The notes below the pieces were generated by a model. It ran no database searches, had not been told where the DNA came from, and saw only the letters and a program-made list of their open reading frames with translations. A stretch of DNA of 53,182 bases, filler included, from Sphacelaria rigidula (taxonomy: Eukaryota), in the NCBI GenBank assembly GCA_964200075.2. It is 4 parts of 4 records of this genome, joined end to end, with 100 filler letters (N's around TTAATTAATTAA, not from the genome) between each part and the next. Parts side by side here need not be neighbours in the genome. Positions count along the whole stretch, not along the records: positions 26,646 to 39,864 come from CAXNAA020003058.1; 3 more parts are not named here. One strand, 5' to 3'. The translations under genes and the position numbers were made by a program. Positions within the stretch are counted from its first letter, which is position 1. Each line of letters begins with the position of its first letter. Below, one piece after another: positions 26,837 through 38,888 of this stretch.

Positions 26837-26953
26837 GAAGTTTACAAGTTCCTCGGCCTGTGCCCGTACAACCTAACCGACACCGAGCCAGATAATGTGA
26901 CTTCTCAACCCGATATACCGGACCACAAGAAGATCGACGCCAAGATGCACAAG
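26837..26953 (+). CDS. Sulfotransferase (heparan-sulfate 3-O/N-sulfotransferase-like fold), penultimate exon
   Basis: EVYKFLGLCPYNL..NVT..KIDAKMHK; polypyrimidine tract plus CAG acceptor, AAG|GTCAGA donor, phase 0/0. Confidence 0.7.
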
Positions 26954-28968
26954 GTCAGACTTTTGTGGATGTCATTATCCTCAAGTTTACAGTTACAAAT
27001 CGAATTTCAATCGTGATCAAGATCAAGAAAAGATGGGACGACAAACTTGAGTTTTCGAGTAGTATCCTTATGTGCGTGCGGATTTACATGAACGTCATGA
27101 TCGTACCAATTTTCACGACGGTTCATCAAGTGTGGTGCTTCAGGAATTGCCATCCCTCCCGTGCGTACCCTGGTGTGAATACACCTCCCACTCGATTGCC
27201 TAGACAGGTCGGCACTTCCTAGGATGGTGTAGAGGACGAGGGTGTGGATCGCACCATCTACGGGGTACTTGATGGGAAATCACCCCCCTCCGTCGTCTTT
27301 TCCGTGGAAAATATGAGTTCATCACAGTTGACGTATCTCTACACCTCCAAAACTCACAAGCAAAATACCCCTGCCCCTATTTGATGGAATATGGCGTGGG
27401 GTTGGGTACGGGAATTGTCAAGTGAAGTCAAGGGCTTTGATTCGTCTCGTGGGGATGGGAGGTGATGGAGGTCGTGGACTGTCAGCGTCTTATGATGAAG
27501 CTTATGGCTCATGAATAGTATTTGTGTGCCCTGTGTGGATGCGGCTATAGCGCGCTGGACGCATCGAGCTGCCCTTTGTAATGAACTGTTCATGTTCAAC
27601 GTCGGCATCCCTCAGATTGTGAGGTGTTGGAAAAAAATTACGTCCAAGAAAATCCTGGCTGTGCTGTACACGGTTTTGAACGGTTGGTTGGGACAGTGTT
27701 TTTTTCGCGACTTTTTTGTTTCTCTCGAGTGGAGTTTATGCTATTATGAATTTACTGGCCCTTCATCTCACGGCTGTTTTTCCCTCAAGTGTGTAGGTGA
27801 TACCACAAGTGAACAAGTAATGTTACATTAATGAATGATCCACTGTATCGCTATCAACTGATAGCCTGGTGTTCTGGATTTGGAACAGCGTAGAATTTCT
27901 GATGGTCAAACTTACAAGGGCAGGTTGGGTAGGGTACACCCGATACTCGGTATTTTGAAGATTTATACTCTTCGTACCCGAACATTTGGGTAGGGTGTTG
28001 GAATTGTACCCACTCTAGCCAACTTTTGGGTGGAGTGTGTGAGGCTGCACTCAAGCTAACCTTGGGTAGAGTAAATACCCGGGCATTTTACCCGAGTATT
28101 CAAGAGTACACATCCTGTCCGACCTGACCTTTCAAGTATACCAAGCCCTTCATGATCTGAATTCATTATCACTTGATTGTTAGCTAACTGGCTGATGTTG
28201 GTCCTGATATTATGCTTCACCCAAGAATCAACATGAGCCCTTGTTGTATATGATGTCCCTCTACTTACTTTCAGCAAGCGGGGTTTCATGTGCACACATA
28301 TCCTGCAGAACTAGCAAAATGTATTTGATAAAAAGAAGATGTTCGGCGTGAACCGATCATTGTTGACCTTCCGGATGATGCCGCGCGTGAACAGCACAAA
28401 ACAACTTTCATGAACCGTTTACCTGGGAGAGCAGGTCGCGGGTTGCATCGCAGAGCAAATTTCGGCGCTCCCTATGTTTGGACAGTGAGGCGCTCATCGA
28501 TATGGTCATCGTTACCATGCATTGTACGTGCAAACACCTGCATACTGTAGTACAGCACCGAAGGAAGTCTTGCCATTGTGCATGCTACCCTTGGTGTATG
28601 ATTCGGCTGTAGCGCTGTGGATTAATTATTCCAAATTTCGCCTCGTATAGCAATTCAATCAGATACACATGACGCCGAACGTACTACTATCGAAACAAAT
28701 TGACAGGACAGCATCGGAGTGCGCACCGTGGTTGGGTTATCCATCCTTCAGTTGTGGGGGCTGTTCCTTCTCCCGCAACCATGAGAGTCTCACCCTGGGG
28801 TCGCGGAAGTCATCTTGTGAAATATTCCGGTGTTTCATGTCGCTTTTGTATCATCGTACCTTTCGCTACTTGAACATCGCTGGCTTCCTTGTTTGTGATA
28901 TTTCACCACGGTTCTGTCTGCAAATTTCCGCGTGTCGCTTCAACTGTTATATTTCTCCATCTTCTCAG

Positions 28969-29061
28969 AGTTTGCAAGACTTCTACGCGCCGTACAACAA
29001 AAAGCTCTACACACTGATCGGGCGAGATTTTGAGTGGGAGAAGAGGCAGTTCAAAGGATAA
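28969..29061 (+). CDS. Sulfotransferase terminal exon
   Basis: SLQDFYAPYNKKLYTLIGRDFEW..* matches the L..F(Y/F).P.N..L..L.G..F.W C-terminus of this family; acceptor TCTTCTCAG, phase 0. Confidence 0.78.
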   Translation, partial: SLQDFYAPYNKKLYTLIGRDFEWEKRQFKG

Positions 29062-30221
29062 AGTAGTTAGTGATGGCATCTGAAAATTTACCTTGAAGTT
29101 TGTGCTTGTGGACGTTTGGTGTGATCGCGATGATGTAGCGGAGATCATGACCCTTGCTTCGGGAACAAACGGCGCAAACGTGTGGATGAGCCAGTCTCCC
29201 TGTTGGAGGTTGGCCGATTTATTTTTTCGGGTTCGATGTCGGCCAGGTGTGAGATATTCAGTTTACTTCGTTTTCAATCGCGTCTTGTCGGTCCTTGCGA
29301 AATCTCGTCAGTCGTGAAAAGCTAGTAGGTTTGTCATACATTAGTTATACATGGGTGTGCGGCGGGATCCGGTTTTGCTTTTGGCGCTGGAAGGATGAGG
29401 CGAGTAAAAGGCACGGTGCGCCGATAGAGCGTGCTGGGGTGTAAAGTCTTCACCTGCTTGATACATGAAAACAGAGGGAAATTGTCAAGTTTAGTTGCTG
29501 CGTGAAGATGGGTGTTCGTATTTCAAAACGTTTGAGAAACCTGTGCTTGCAAAGGTTAAGATTATTGAATTTCGAAAATCGGGGAAATTGATTTGGCATG
29601 AATGTAAGGAAGGCGTATCGCTAGAGTAGTCAGAGACCTACGAGGGAGATTGCCATCCGGATGCCGAAGGAACTCCGAGGCTGGCGATGATTTCCTCTCG
29701 TATATGTAGGCAAGAAGTTGGGTCAGACGAGAAGTGGTCGCCAGGGGCGACCAGTACCTCGGGGGATGTTGGACCGTCCTAATATCAGGCTCTTCCTGGC
29801 ATCACCCCGAGTTATCTAATTACGTTGACATTACAGGGTCCTCGGTAATCTGGTCCTTCCGGACCGTTCCTACCTTGTCCCTGCTTGCGCTGGTTCTTCA
29901 TACATGTGTGGCATCAGTCTCTGGTATGTCACTGCAAAGAGATATCTTCCACATTCCCCCCCCCTTCATGCGCCCCAAGCCCTTCGGGACTGTGGCTGGT
30001 GGGACGAGGCGATCATCAGCTTCGCTGATGGTATAACCATGGAAGTGTCCTTGAGGGACGATCATTGAATGAGTCACGCCACCATCAATCGCAAAGGCAG
30101 CCCTTCTCTATACTTTAGTATTGAGTAAACACTCCCAGTAAAATTTAGCTACCTCTGGTCGGTAACAGTGCATGTATTCCAAACCCTCTAATTTTGGTTT
30201 TCTCTGTCCTGTAGCTGTCAT

Positions 30222-30682
30222 ATGTGACATGTTTCCACCAGATGTAATTGCACTTGGGTGCTGGTTGCATCTGCTGGTATGCATGACGAGGCACTGAGAC
30301 ACTGATCGGTCCATGGGCGCCTGGATTATTTCTGCCCAGGTTCTGGGATACCTTCGGTTCCGCGGACACCGGAGTAGAGCTAAGTTTTCGGGTTGGTAAC
30401 AAGGTGTTGAAAAAGTATATATATATTATATATATATATATATACCTGTCAGCATTGTGCTCTTTTGACTAAACACCGCCAAAAGGACCTTTGCTTCTTG
30501 TACTGTATCAAATAACTGCATCATGTGTGACACCTTTTTTACGGGATGCTTTTGCACCTTGGTGCAGGCTGCATCAGTTAGGAAGACATCACGAGGCACT
30601 GGGACACCGACCGGTCCACGGGCGCTTGAGGCATTCCTGCCCGGGTTCTGGGATGCCTTCGGTTCTACTGACACTGGAGTAG
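30222..30682. repeat. Diverged ~160-bp direct duplication separated by a (TA)n tract
   Basis: 30222-30380 resembles 30525-30682 (ACGAGGCACTG.GACAC.GA.CGGTCCA.GGGCGC, GGTTCTGGGAT.CCTTCGGTTC); (TA)n at ~30416-30444. Confidence 0.75.
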
Positions 30683-30883
30683 GGCAACGTTTTAGCGTTA
30701 GTTCCAAAGCGGTCGGTCTGATGTTTATCTTGCGAGCATTGTCCCCGTTGGTTCCAATTTTCGAATTGGTTGTTGTCTCAGGCTATTCCAGATTCGGCAT
30801 TAGATTTCTGTGACAGAAAACACTCTTGTTTTTTCGGGATACGTTTCAAAAAACGATGAGAAGTTTTCACACGTCGGACGGAT

Positions 30884-31465
30884 CAGCTCCCTATAGCTCG
30901 AGCTAGCTCTTTTTCAGCGTAGCTCCCTAGTGAGCTATAAGAACTACATGAGCTACGCATGTTTTCCCTGGGGGGAGCAATGAGACCTGTATAAGCTACG
31001 CATGTTTGCCCTTGATGAGCTACCAACCCGTAGCTCATCAGCTCGTATCCGTTCTGAGTGAGCTATGGGAGCTGTATGAGCTACGCACGTTTCCCCTGGA
31101 TGAGCTACCAACCCGTAGTTCATCAGCTGAGATTCGTCCTGAGTGAGCTATGAGAGCTGCTTGAGCTACGCATGTTTCCCCTGAGTGAGCTATCAACCCG
31201 TAGCTCATCAGTTCATATTTGCTCTAGGTGAGCTATGAGAGCTGCATGAGCTACGCATGTTTGTTCCGGATGAGCTATGAGAGCTGCATGAGCTTCACAT
31301 GTTTGCTCCAGATGAGCTACGAGAGCTGCATGAGCTACACATGTTTGCCCTGGATGAGCTATGAGAGATGCATGAGCTACGCATGTTTGCCCTGGATAAG
31401 CTATGAGAGCCAAGTGAGCTGCGAATAATTGCCCTGGATGAGCTATGAGAACTACGGGAGCTACG
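30884..31465. repeat. Left subterminal array of the hAT: ~39-bp units rich in GAGCTA/AGCT
   Basis: Repeated TGAGCTATGAGAGCTGCATGAGCTACGCATGTTT(G/C)CCCTGG. Confidence 0.92.
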
Positions 31466-31730
31466 ACGATCCTGGAGTTGTTTCTGTTCCGATGCTCATG
31501 CACGTTGGTATTGTACGTACGTGACAACGGTTACATGTGCACACATCTGTCCCATTTCGCGTAGCGATGGATTTGCTTTTTGCGAACATCAACAATCAAC
31601 ATGGTTGCATCAGATGTCATCCGGATCGTAGCCATCACATACACACACAACCACAGACGCACACTCAACCACAGACGCACACACAGCCACAGACGCACAC
31701 ACAACCAAACACACACACAATTCGCCCTGC

Positions 31731-34700
31731 ATGGCGACCGCGGGGAGCGGCAGCTCTAGCGGTGCTTCAGTCGGAAATGATGCCGTGGGCCCGGATCCTT
31801 CGCAACAGGCAATCGATGTGGAAGACGGGGCATACTTACTGAAGACGAGGTGCGTCAAGGCGTGTATGCCTGACCTTCGCTGTGCTTTAGAGTAGAACGT
31901 GTGATTCAAGCCACCTTGGGTGGTTCTTCTGTACAGACAAGGGTGATTCAAGCCATCTTGACGTGTGTGTTTCAAGCCGCATCTACTTGTGTGATTCGAG
32001 CTACCTTGACTTGGCTGTACCGTGGAGAAAAATCATGATCGTTTGTATTATTGTTGCGAAGTAGAGCGGAAGGTAGACAGGATCTTGCGATGTCTTGTCC
32101 TGTATGCTTCGAAACAAACGAGACCGTCAGTGGTTTGCCTTCCACTCTTTGACGCGCAATAAGTCGCCCTAGTCGAACACGGGCTAGCAATAATGGCCTC
32201 CGGCCAGTGGTTGTACGGTTACCATCACTGATAATCTCGTTTGCACTGCCGCATGAATCGCGGTGCCAGAGTCTAATCGTCCGTAGTCTGTATTTATCTG
32301 CCCGTAAACTCGCCGCACTCTCCTTTACTATCTGTACTGCACTGTTGACTGTACCACAGTACTGTAATGCGTGTAGCACTGGACACTGAGCACGCGGCGA
32401 AGCGCAAAGGTAGCGCTTTGGCTTCTCGCACCCTGCTGTGACGTACTTTGCGTCATTGAACAAGCAATTTGGGAGTCGTTTTCAAGTAGTTATTTCAGGT
32501 AGCTCATGAGCTGTCCGACGATGTCGTTTTTAGTACAGTACATGGCTGTACATACATATACGGTCCCGCGGGGATTTAGCGGAAACATTCAATATATTCC
32601 CGAAACGACGCCCGCCCTTCTCCCCTCCTTCACATTTTCTCACCCACGGTCACCAACAGTAGATAAAGCAAGCAGCAATGCGCGATATGCCAAACCCGGC
32701 ACAGTACAGGCGGTGCAAGATACCACCCAAAACGGCGTTGGGTGGTCGATTGTATATGATCACGGCGCACGCTTTGAGCAAGATGTTACAGATCCAGACA
32801 AGAAACAGCTGTGGTTTTGCGCGTGTCCGCCTACGTGTCGAGCAGCTTCGGCGAAATGTCAGGGTGGAATCGACTGCCACGCGAAGCAGACAGGCAACAT
32901 TACACGCCATCTCAAATGTCACGGTGAGTGCTGTGGCGTACAAGTCTTTGGTATTTTTAGGTTCACATTCGACCTCGCCAAAAACAAAAGATGAGAAAAA
33001 AAACGGCTATTAGCTACACACTTTCCTACTTTAATACATATCGAGTCGACATAATAATTGTGGAGTTTTGGGGGGGGGGTACGATCCTTTCTCGCCGTTG
33101 ATATTCTAGGGGGGACGGGTTTTGGGGGCATCTGCATATTTTTGTTCGGAGTTCATACTCGAAACCTTGGAGCCAAGCGAATTGGGGAAGTGTTTTAGAC
33201 CTCTTTCGGTGGGATGGTGCGAAGTGCCCGAACGTTTGATGGCGATATTCCCTATGGGGGGCCAAAAACCGTGTCTGAATGTTCCAAGAGTGAGGAATAT
33301 CCCCCCCCCCCCCAGAAAGCAAAAAACAAAATACCAGTGATAAGAAACGGGCTGAGGGACACATTATGTACATTTTGTCGGCTTCATTGCAATGGTGTGT
33401 AGGCTGTCATTTATTGGAGCGGAATTCGTTGGTTAGCTTGTTATTGATCAGCACTCATCAGTTGTGTTTGATGGTGAAAATGATGAGAGACATGTTTCTG
33501 GTGAGGAAGAGTGTCTGCTGAATCATTTTGACAATCAAATACAATGCGTACATCGCAGATAAATCCTTCATCCTTGTGTTTGACCTCGGATCGTAGGTCC
33601 CCTGTGCTGACAAGGCAGGATCGTACGGTAGGTGGACACTGCGAACGATGGTAATAGATGGAACGGCCGATCTATTCTAATAATGTTTGTACAGAGGCCA
33701 CATCCATGCTGTCCCCGTCTGTGTATGCTGACATTCGAACGGCTTCATTGGTCGCCTGTGTTTCCCGGATCGCTTCATTATTCTTTCAGGCATCGAATCT
33801 GGCAAAACGAGCAGGGTCAAAATGACAAAAGCTACCCACGCCGCCACAGCAAGCACATCCAAGCAGGCGATGAAAAGCAGTGGTGATCCCGGCCGGATCA
33901 TGATCCTGATGTTCGTTCGGGTGTTCATCATCATGCTCTTACTTTCGTTCAACCTCTCCGACACCGCCTGTTCCTCCAAGTGTGCGGCGACGACCAGTTC
34001 CCTCAGACCAAATTATACCCCAAGATGATCAAACACTGCGTCGTCGAGCTCTACAAAGCCACGGTCTCGAGGTTTTCGCACACTTTGGTGACAACGGTCA
34101 CCAGAGCGGGAGGTCTCGTACTCCATGCCAACTTTGACCTGTGGACCAGCAAAACCTCCAACGAAAAGTATATAGGTGAGTCTAGATTGTTGTGCGAATG
34201 AACTCGTTTTGTGTTGAGGATGCTGAGTGGTTCTGTCTCTGCAAATACTCGTGTTTGGTGTCGAACCCGAAGTTTATTTTTGATGTAGACCACGAAGATA
34301 TGAAGCACGTCAGGTATCAATACCGCGCGATTTTTTATGAGGTACTGCTGCTGTTGGCTTCATCTAGGCCGACAATGCCCGGAGCCAGCAATAGCAATGC
34401 AAGTAACACTTGGATGGTAGCATGACTCAGTACCATCGTGACATGCATAGGCCTGGTTGATTGCCACCATTTCTAGAATGTATACTTCGGTGCTCGCCTG
34501 AGTCGCAACGCCGATATGTTGACTTCATACGCTTCGCCAGACTCACTCAAATATCTTCTTGCCATGTGACTATTCGTGTTTGCGAATCAGGCGTGCGACT
34601 GTTCTGGTGTACCCCTAAGTTTGCCATCGACTCGGCCCTCGTGGCTGTTAAGCTGTTCAACCCTGCAGCTGATCTGAGCGAAAGCCAACAACTCTCGAAC

Positions 34701-37402
34701 GTCCTTCTCCTGTGGGTCGAGGACGTCTTGAACGAGCCCGGTTTGAGCCCGAGAGATTTGTTCAGCACTGTCACGGACGCTGGATCCGATGTGATCCGAT
34801 TAACGCCTCTGCCTAAACGTCCTACAGTCGGAGTGGGAGTGGTGCTTTCCCCACATGCTCAACTGCGCCCTAGTTGAGGTGAGAAACGAACTATTCCGTA
34901 CTGCCGCTTGACATGCAACAGGAAGGAATAAGTTTACATCGAAACCTCGATTTTTTGTTTCTCGGTATCTTGGGATGAGACACTTCCACCTGATTCAGTA
35001 TTTTTCGGCGAGAGTCGACAATGAACGTGCGCTAAAGCCTTGTTTTTCGTCTTCACTCGCATTTCTCTTCCATGTGATGTTCTAATATTCCGCACAGGCA
35101 TTCGGGACTACGGCATCAAGGGCGGCGTGCAGGAACCCTGAAGCAAGACAGACCATCGATGCTGTCAAGAAGGTGGTGGAGCACCTGAACAAGAGCAACA
35201 TCATGAAGGTTCGTGGCGGGAACGTGACATCAGCACAAGTTTGTTTGCTAGAGTAGGATCAGTTGGCAGATAATGTGTATGTGGACGACAGAAAGCTCGT
35301 TGGGCCTCGGTTTGCGCCCGAGGCCGCTGTACCGAACGCTTTAGTGTCCAACGGATGACTGTCGCTGCGCAAAAAAAGTACGCGTTGTGTTCGACGTATT
35401 TTTATGTGGCGTTTAGGCTCCAAGGAAAAAAAGACCGAGATATTTTATTTAGATCGAAACTCGAATTACTTACTCTACAAATTAACAGGGTCTCATGTTA
35501 GGAAAACACAATATTTCCTGTTTTAATTGACTGGGTCAGGGGGGTTTCTTGGCGTCTGGTATATTATGTGGGGTGGAGAACCTGAACTCCGCGCAAAGGG
35601 GATGATTGTACTACGTAGTAGTGTTGATATGGGTGAAATAGCCATTAGGCAGTGTGAACCCGTAGCTGTCTCTGGAAGTAGCGTTACCGAAAAATAGAGC
35701 AACTCATTCGAGGCGGTCATCCATGTGCGAGTTATTCTGTACGCTTAGGGCCGAGCCATCGTATCAGGATGCAGCTCACCCTCCATGCGACTCGCCGAAC
35801 ATGTCACGGCGCTTCGGGCTGAGGGATTAATTGCGGGCCTGGTCCGGCGAACCCGGCGTGCTCCGCCCCGGCTTTGTAGAGATGCTACGTAAAAAGTCTC
35901 ATGACTAACGAACGGCATGCAAGATCATGAGTACACCACGCAGGGCTTTCGCTGTTGGTACTTCCGAGAATATTTTGTGCACGACCATCACCGCGCTCAA
36001 ACCAGGCAATGATCAATAGTCTGTTCATGGTGTAACTTTCCGTCCCGTGTCCGTACCTTGCTATTTCCTTTGTAGGTGAAGTACGAAGACGTTCAGCACC
36101 TAATGTTCGGCAAGACGACCAAGCTGGTGAACGCCGTCCCTCATCGCTGGATATCTGTATGCCAGGTACTAGAGGAGGTTCTCCGCAACTGGGCGACGCT
36201 TGAAGAGCACTTCCAGAAAAACGAGCGCGGCGCACAAAACGGAGATCGAGGAGCTGTACAGCTTGATGAAAACGACCGCTGTGTTGATGAAGGAGAGCCA
36301 ACAGACTGGAGTGCCGACAGGCCTCGACACTTTCCTCGCGCTCGTCATGCTCCGCTGCTCCACGCTGGACGTCAAGAAGCCGCTCGCCATCACGGTACCC
36401 CGCAAGACTCTAGCAGGGGACGCCGGCACCACACAAACGACAACCATCAACCGCCCGCCCGAAAACCTGACGGCGGTGACCACCAAAACTCGTAAGATGC
36501 TGCTGGACGCAGTGAACAAACGCTTCTTCGATAAGCGATACAACGGAGCGGTTGTTGGAAACCCACCCCCGGGCTAAGTCTTCGAGATGGCGGCATGCAT
36601 GAGCCCTTGCTTCGTACAACTGATGTGGCTTCCGGCGGTGTGTAACAACGAGAGAGAAGCGCAACACGTCAGCAAAATGATCAAGGACAAGGTGGTGGAC
36701 CTCATGGCGAGCATGGCTGAGGGAGTAGGTGACGGGCAGGAAAAGGAACCTCAGGGCAACGGCGGCAACGGCGATAACGGCGGCAAGTCTACCGCACTGG
36801 GCGAGAAGCGGAAGCGCGGACTTTTCTTCACCGTGACCCCACCCAGCAAGAAAACGAGTGAGGGGACGAAGAGATTACTCGCCAGCGGTGTTTTCGGCGA
36901 TTGCTCGAGCAACACCAAAACTACGGGGCCGGTCGTCCTGACCACGCGGCAGATTTGCCAGCAGGAGTTCGATCTCTTCCAAATGCGATTCGACGGTGCG
37001 TGCGTAGACAACTACCCGGTGGCGCACCTACTCGACTTCTGGGCGGGCGAGGGGGGGTCGCTCTACCCGAATATGGCCCGCGCTGCTCGAGTCCTGATGT
37101 CTGTGCCGGCATCGTCTGCCGTTCTGGAAAGGGACTTCAGCACCGCTGGGCGTCTCATCACCAGGTCCCGAAGCAGGCTTGATTCGGCATATGCAGAGAT
37201 GGTGTTGTTCCTCCATGGGAACCACGAGTACATCCCCGTGGAAGTCCCCGCTCTATCGACGGAGCAAGTGCTGCAAGCGGTACCAAGGCGGCTTTCTGAC
37301 CCTAGGCCGGAGATCGAGGGCCTTTCTTCGGCGAACGCGGAGCGGGATGACGACTTCGACGAGTACGCAGTCGAGATGTCCAACTACTTTGGGACGGGAT
37401 AG
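31731..37402 (+). pseudogene. Spliced hAT transposase pseudogene; predicted exons 31731-31849, ~32649-32923, 33790-34175, 34591-34878, 35098-35208, 36076-37402
   Basis: BED-like finger (WFCACPPTC..TGNITRHLKCH), FDLWTS (D1), VTDAGSD (D2), CFPH (CxxH), HRW, and dimerisation domain LDFW..YPNMARAARVLMSVPASSAVLERDFS (E). GT-AG junctions are in compatible phases. Frameshifts near 33970, 34795 and 36230, a stop at 36575-77, and an apparently mutated exon-2 acceptor. Confidence 0.9.
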
Positions 37403-38299
37403 TGATGAAGCATGTGCAATTTTCCCCAGCAAGGGTATTTTCCATAACATTGACTGGTTGTCCATTATGCCTTTTTTCTCTGTTGGCGATATTTGCCTTT
37501 TTCCTTGTACCTTCTGTGGAGTGGAGGCTCTTGCCTGCATGGTTTTCAAGGGTCGGGTGAGTTAATTCGTCTGGAAATTGCTTGATTTTAGTGTAGTTAA
37601 TTTGTACCGTACGAATCAACCCTTACGCTTTGTTTCCAGCGTTGCAACCCAGGTACGCGCACCCTAGGCACATGGAATGGCGCAGAAATTGCGTGGATAC
37701 CTCTCGGACCAGCGGTCAACGTTTTTCTCCCTTTTGGGTAACAAGGCCGGAAAAATCGTGAATTTGGTGATTCCAACCGGTCATGATTCGTCCGAATCGT
37801 GATGGCTGCACAACACACACAATATTTGATTGCTTATCCCTTTGACCGCGAGGGTAGGAGGTCTCTGAATCGGCATCATCCATACCCGAAAAATGAAGCG
37901 AATTATGCTGATTTATCAGATCGCCAACCCTCGCGGTCAAAGGGCTAACCCTTGACGGCGAGCATTAGTCATCTGTTGAATCGGCTCCAATTTCACTCGA
38001 AAAACGTATGCATGACGAGATGGACTCGTACCCCTCGCGGCTAACTGGTCAAAGGAAAGGAATCGGACGATCATTGATCATTGTAGACATTGAACATCAG
38101 TACTTTTTTTAACCATCCGACCAAGCGAAAGAGGATACGTGTGCTTCTTTTCTTCCTGTCGCGAAGAGTGAGGCAAAACATCACAACCTAACGATATATG
38201 GTGACATCCGTTCGAACAAGAATGTGACCTAATGAGCGATACGGGGTTGGCCAGCGGCGGGCTAGGCGTATGATGTGAGTGAGCCGCAACCCCGTGTCC

Positions 38300-38888
38300 C
38301 TTGGGTGAGCTATTGGGCGTAGCTCATCCGCTCATGTTTTCCCTGGGTGAGCTACGAGAGCTGCGTGAGCTACACATGTTTGCCTTGGGTGAGCTATTGG
38401 GCGTAGCTCATCCGCTCATGTTTTCCCTGGGTGAGCGATAGAGCTGCGTGAGCTGCACATGTTTTTCCGGAGTGAGCTACACGAGCTAGGTGAGCTACGC
38501 ATGTTTTCCTTGGGTGAGCTACCGGATGTAGCTCATGAGCTCATATTCTGAGTGAGCTATGGGAGCTGCATGAGTTACGCACGTTTCGCCTGAATGAGCT
38601 ACCAACCCGTAGTTCATCAGCTCAGATTCGTCCTGGGTGAGCTATGAGAGCTGCATGAGCTACGCATGTTTCCCCTGGGTGAGCTATCAACCCGTAGCTC
38701 ATCAGCTCATATTTGCCCTAGGTGAGCTATGAGAGCTGCATGAGCTACGCATGTTTGTCCTAGGTGAGCTACCAACTCGTAGCTTATCAGCGCAGGTTTA
38801 CCTTGTGTTGAGCTATCGGACGTAGCTCACCTGTACATGTTTGCCTACAAGTGAGCTACCGCCCGCAGATGAGCTAGCTCATGAGCTG
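38300..38888. repeat. Right subterminal array of the hAT: same GAGCTA-rich units, in the same orientation as the left array
   Basis: 38545-38760 aligns as a direct repeat to 31050-31267. Confidence 0.92.

Noticed and set aside
22117..29061. MAD2 plus sulfotransferase as a fused gene or functional cluster (or a HORMA-based defence system)
   Set aside because: Separated by an artificial contig linker; no CD-NTase or TRIP13-like partner is visible
30884..31465. Regular ~39-bp repeats as a CRISPR array
   Set aside because: Units are contiguous and degenerate with no unique spacers; no cas genes; eukaryotic context; better explained as hAT subterminal repeats
33060..33320. MITE bounded by poly-G/poly-C in hAT intron 2
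   Set aside because: Inverted similarity is mostly homopolymer; boundaries cannot be defined
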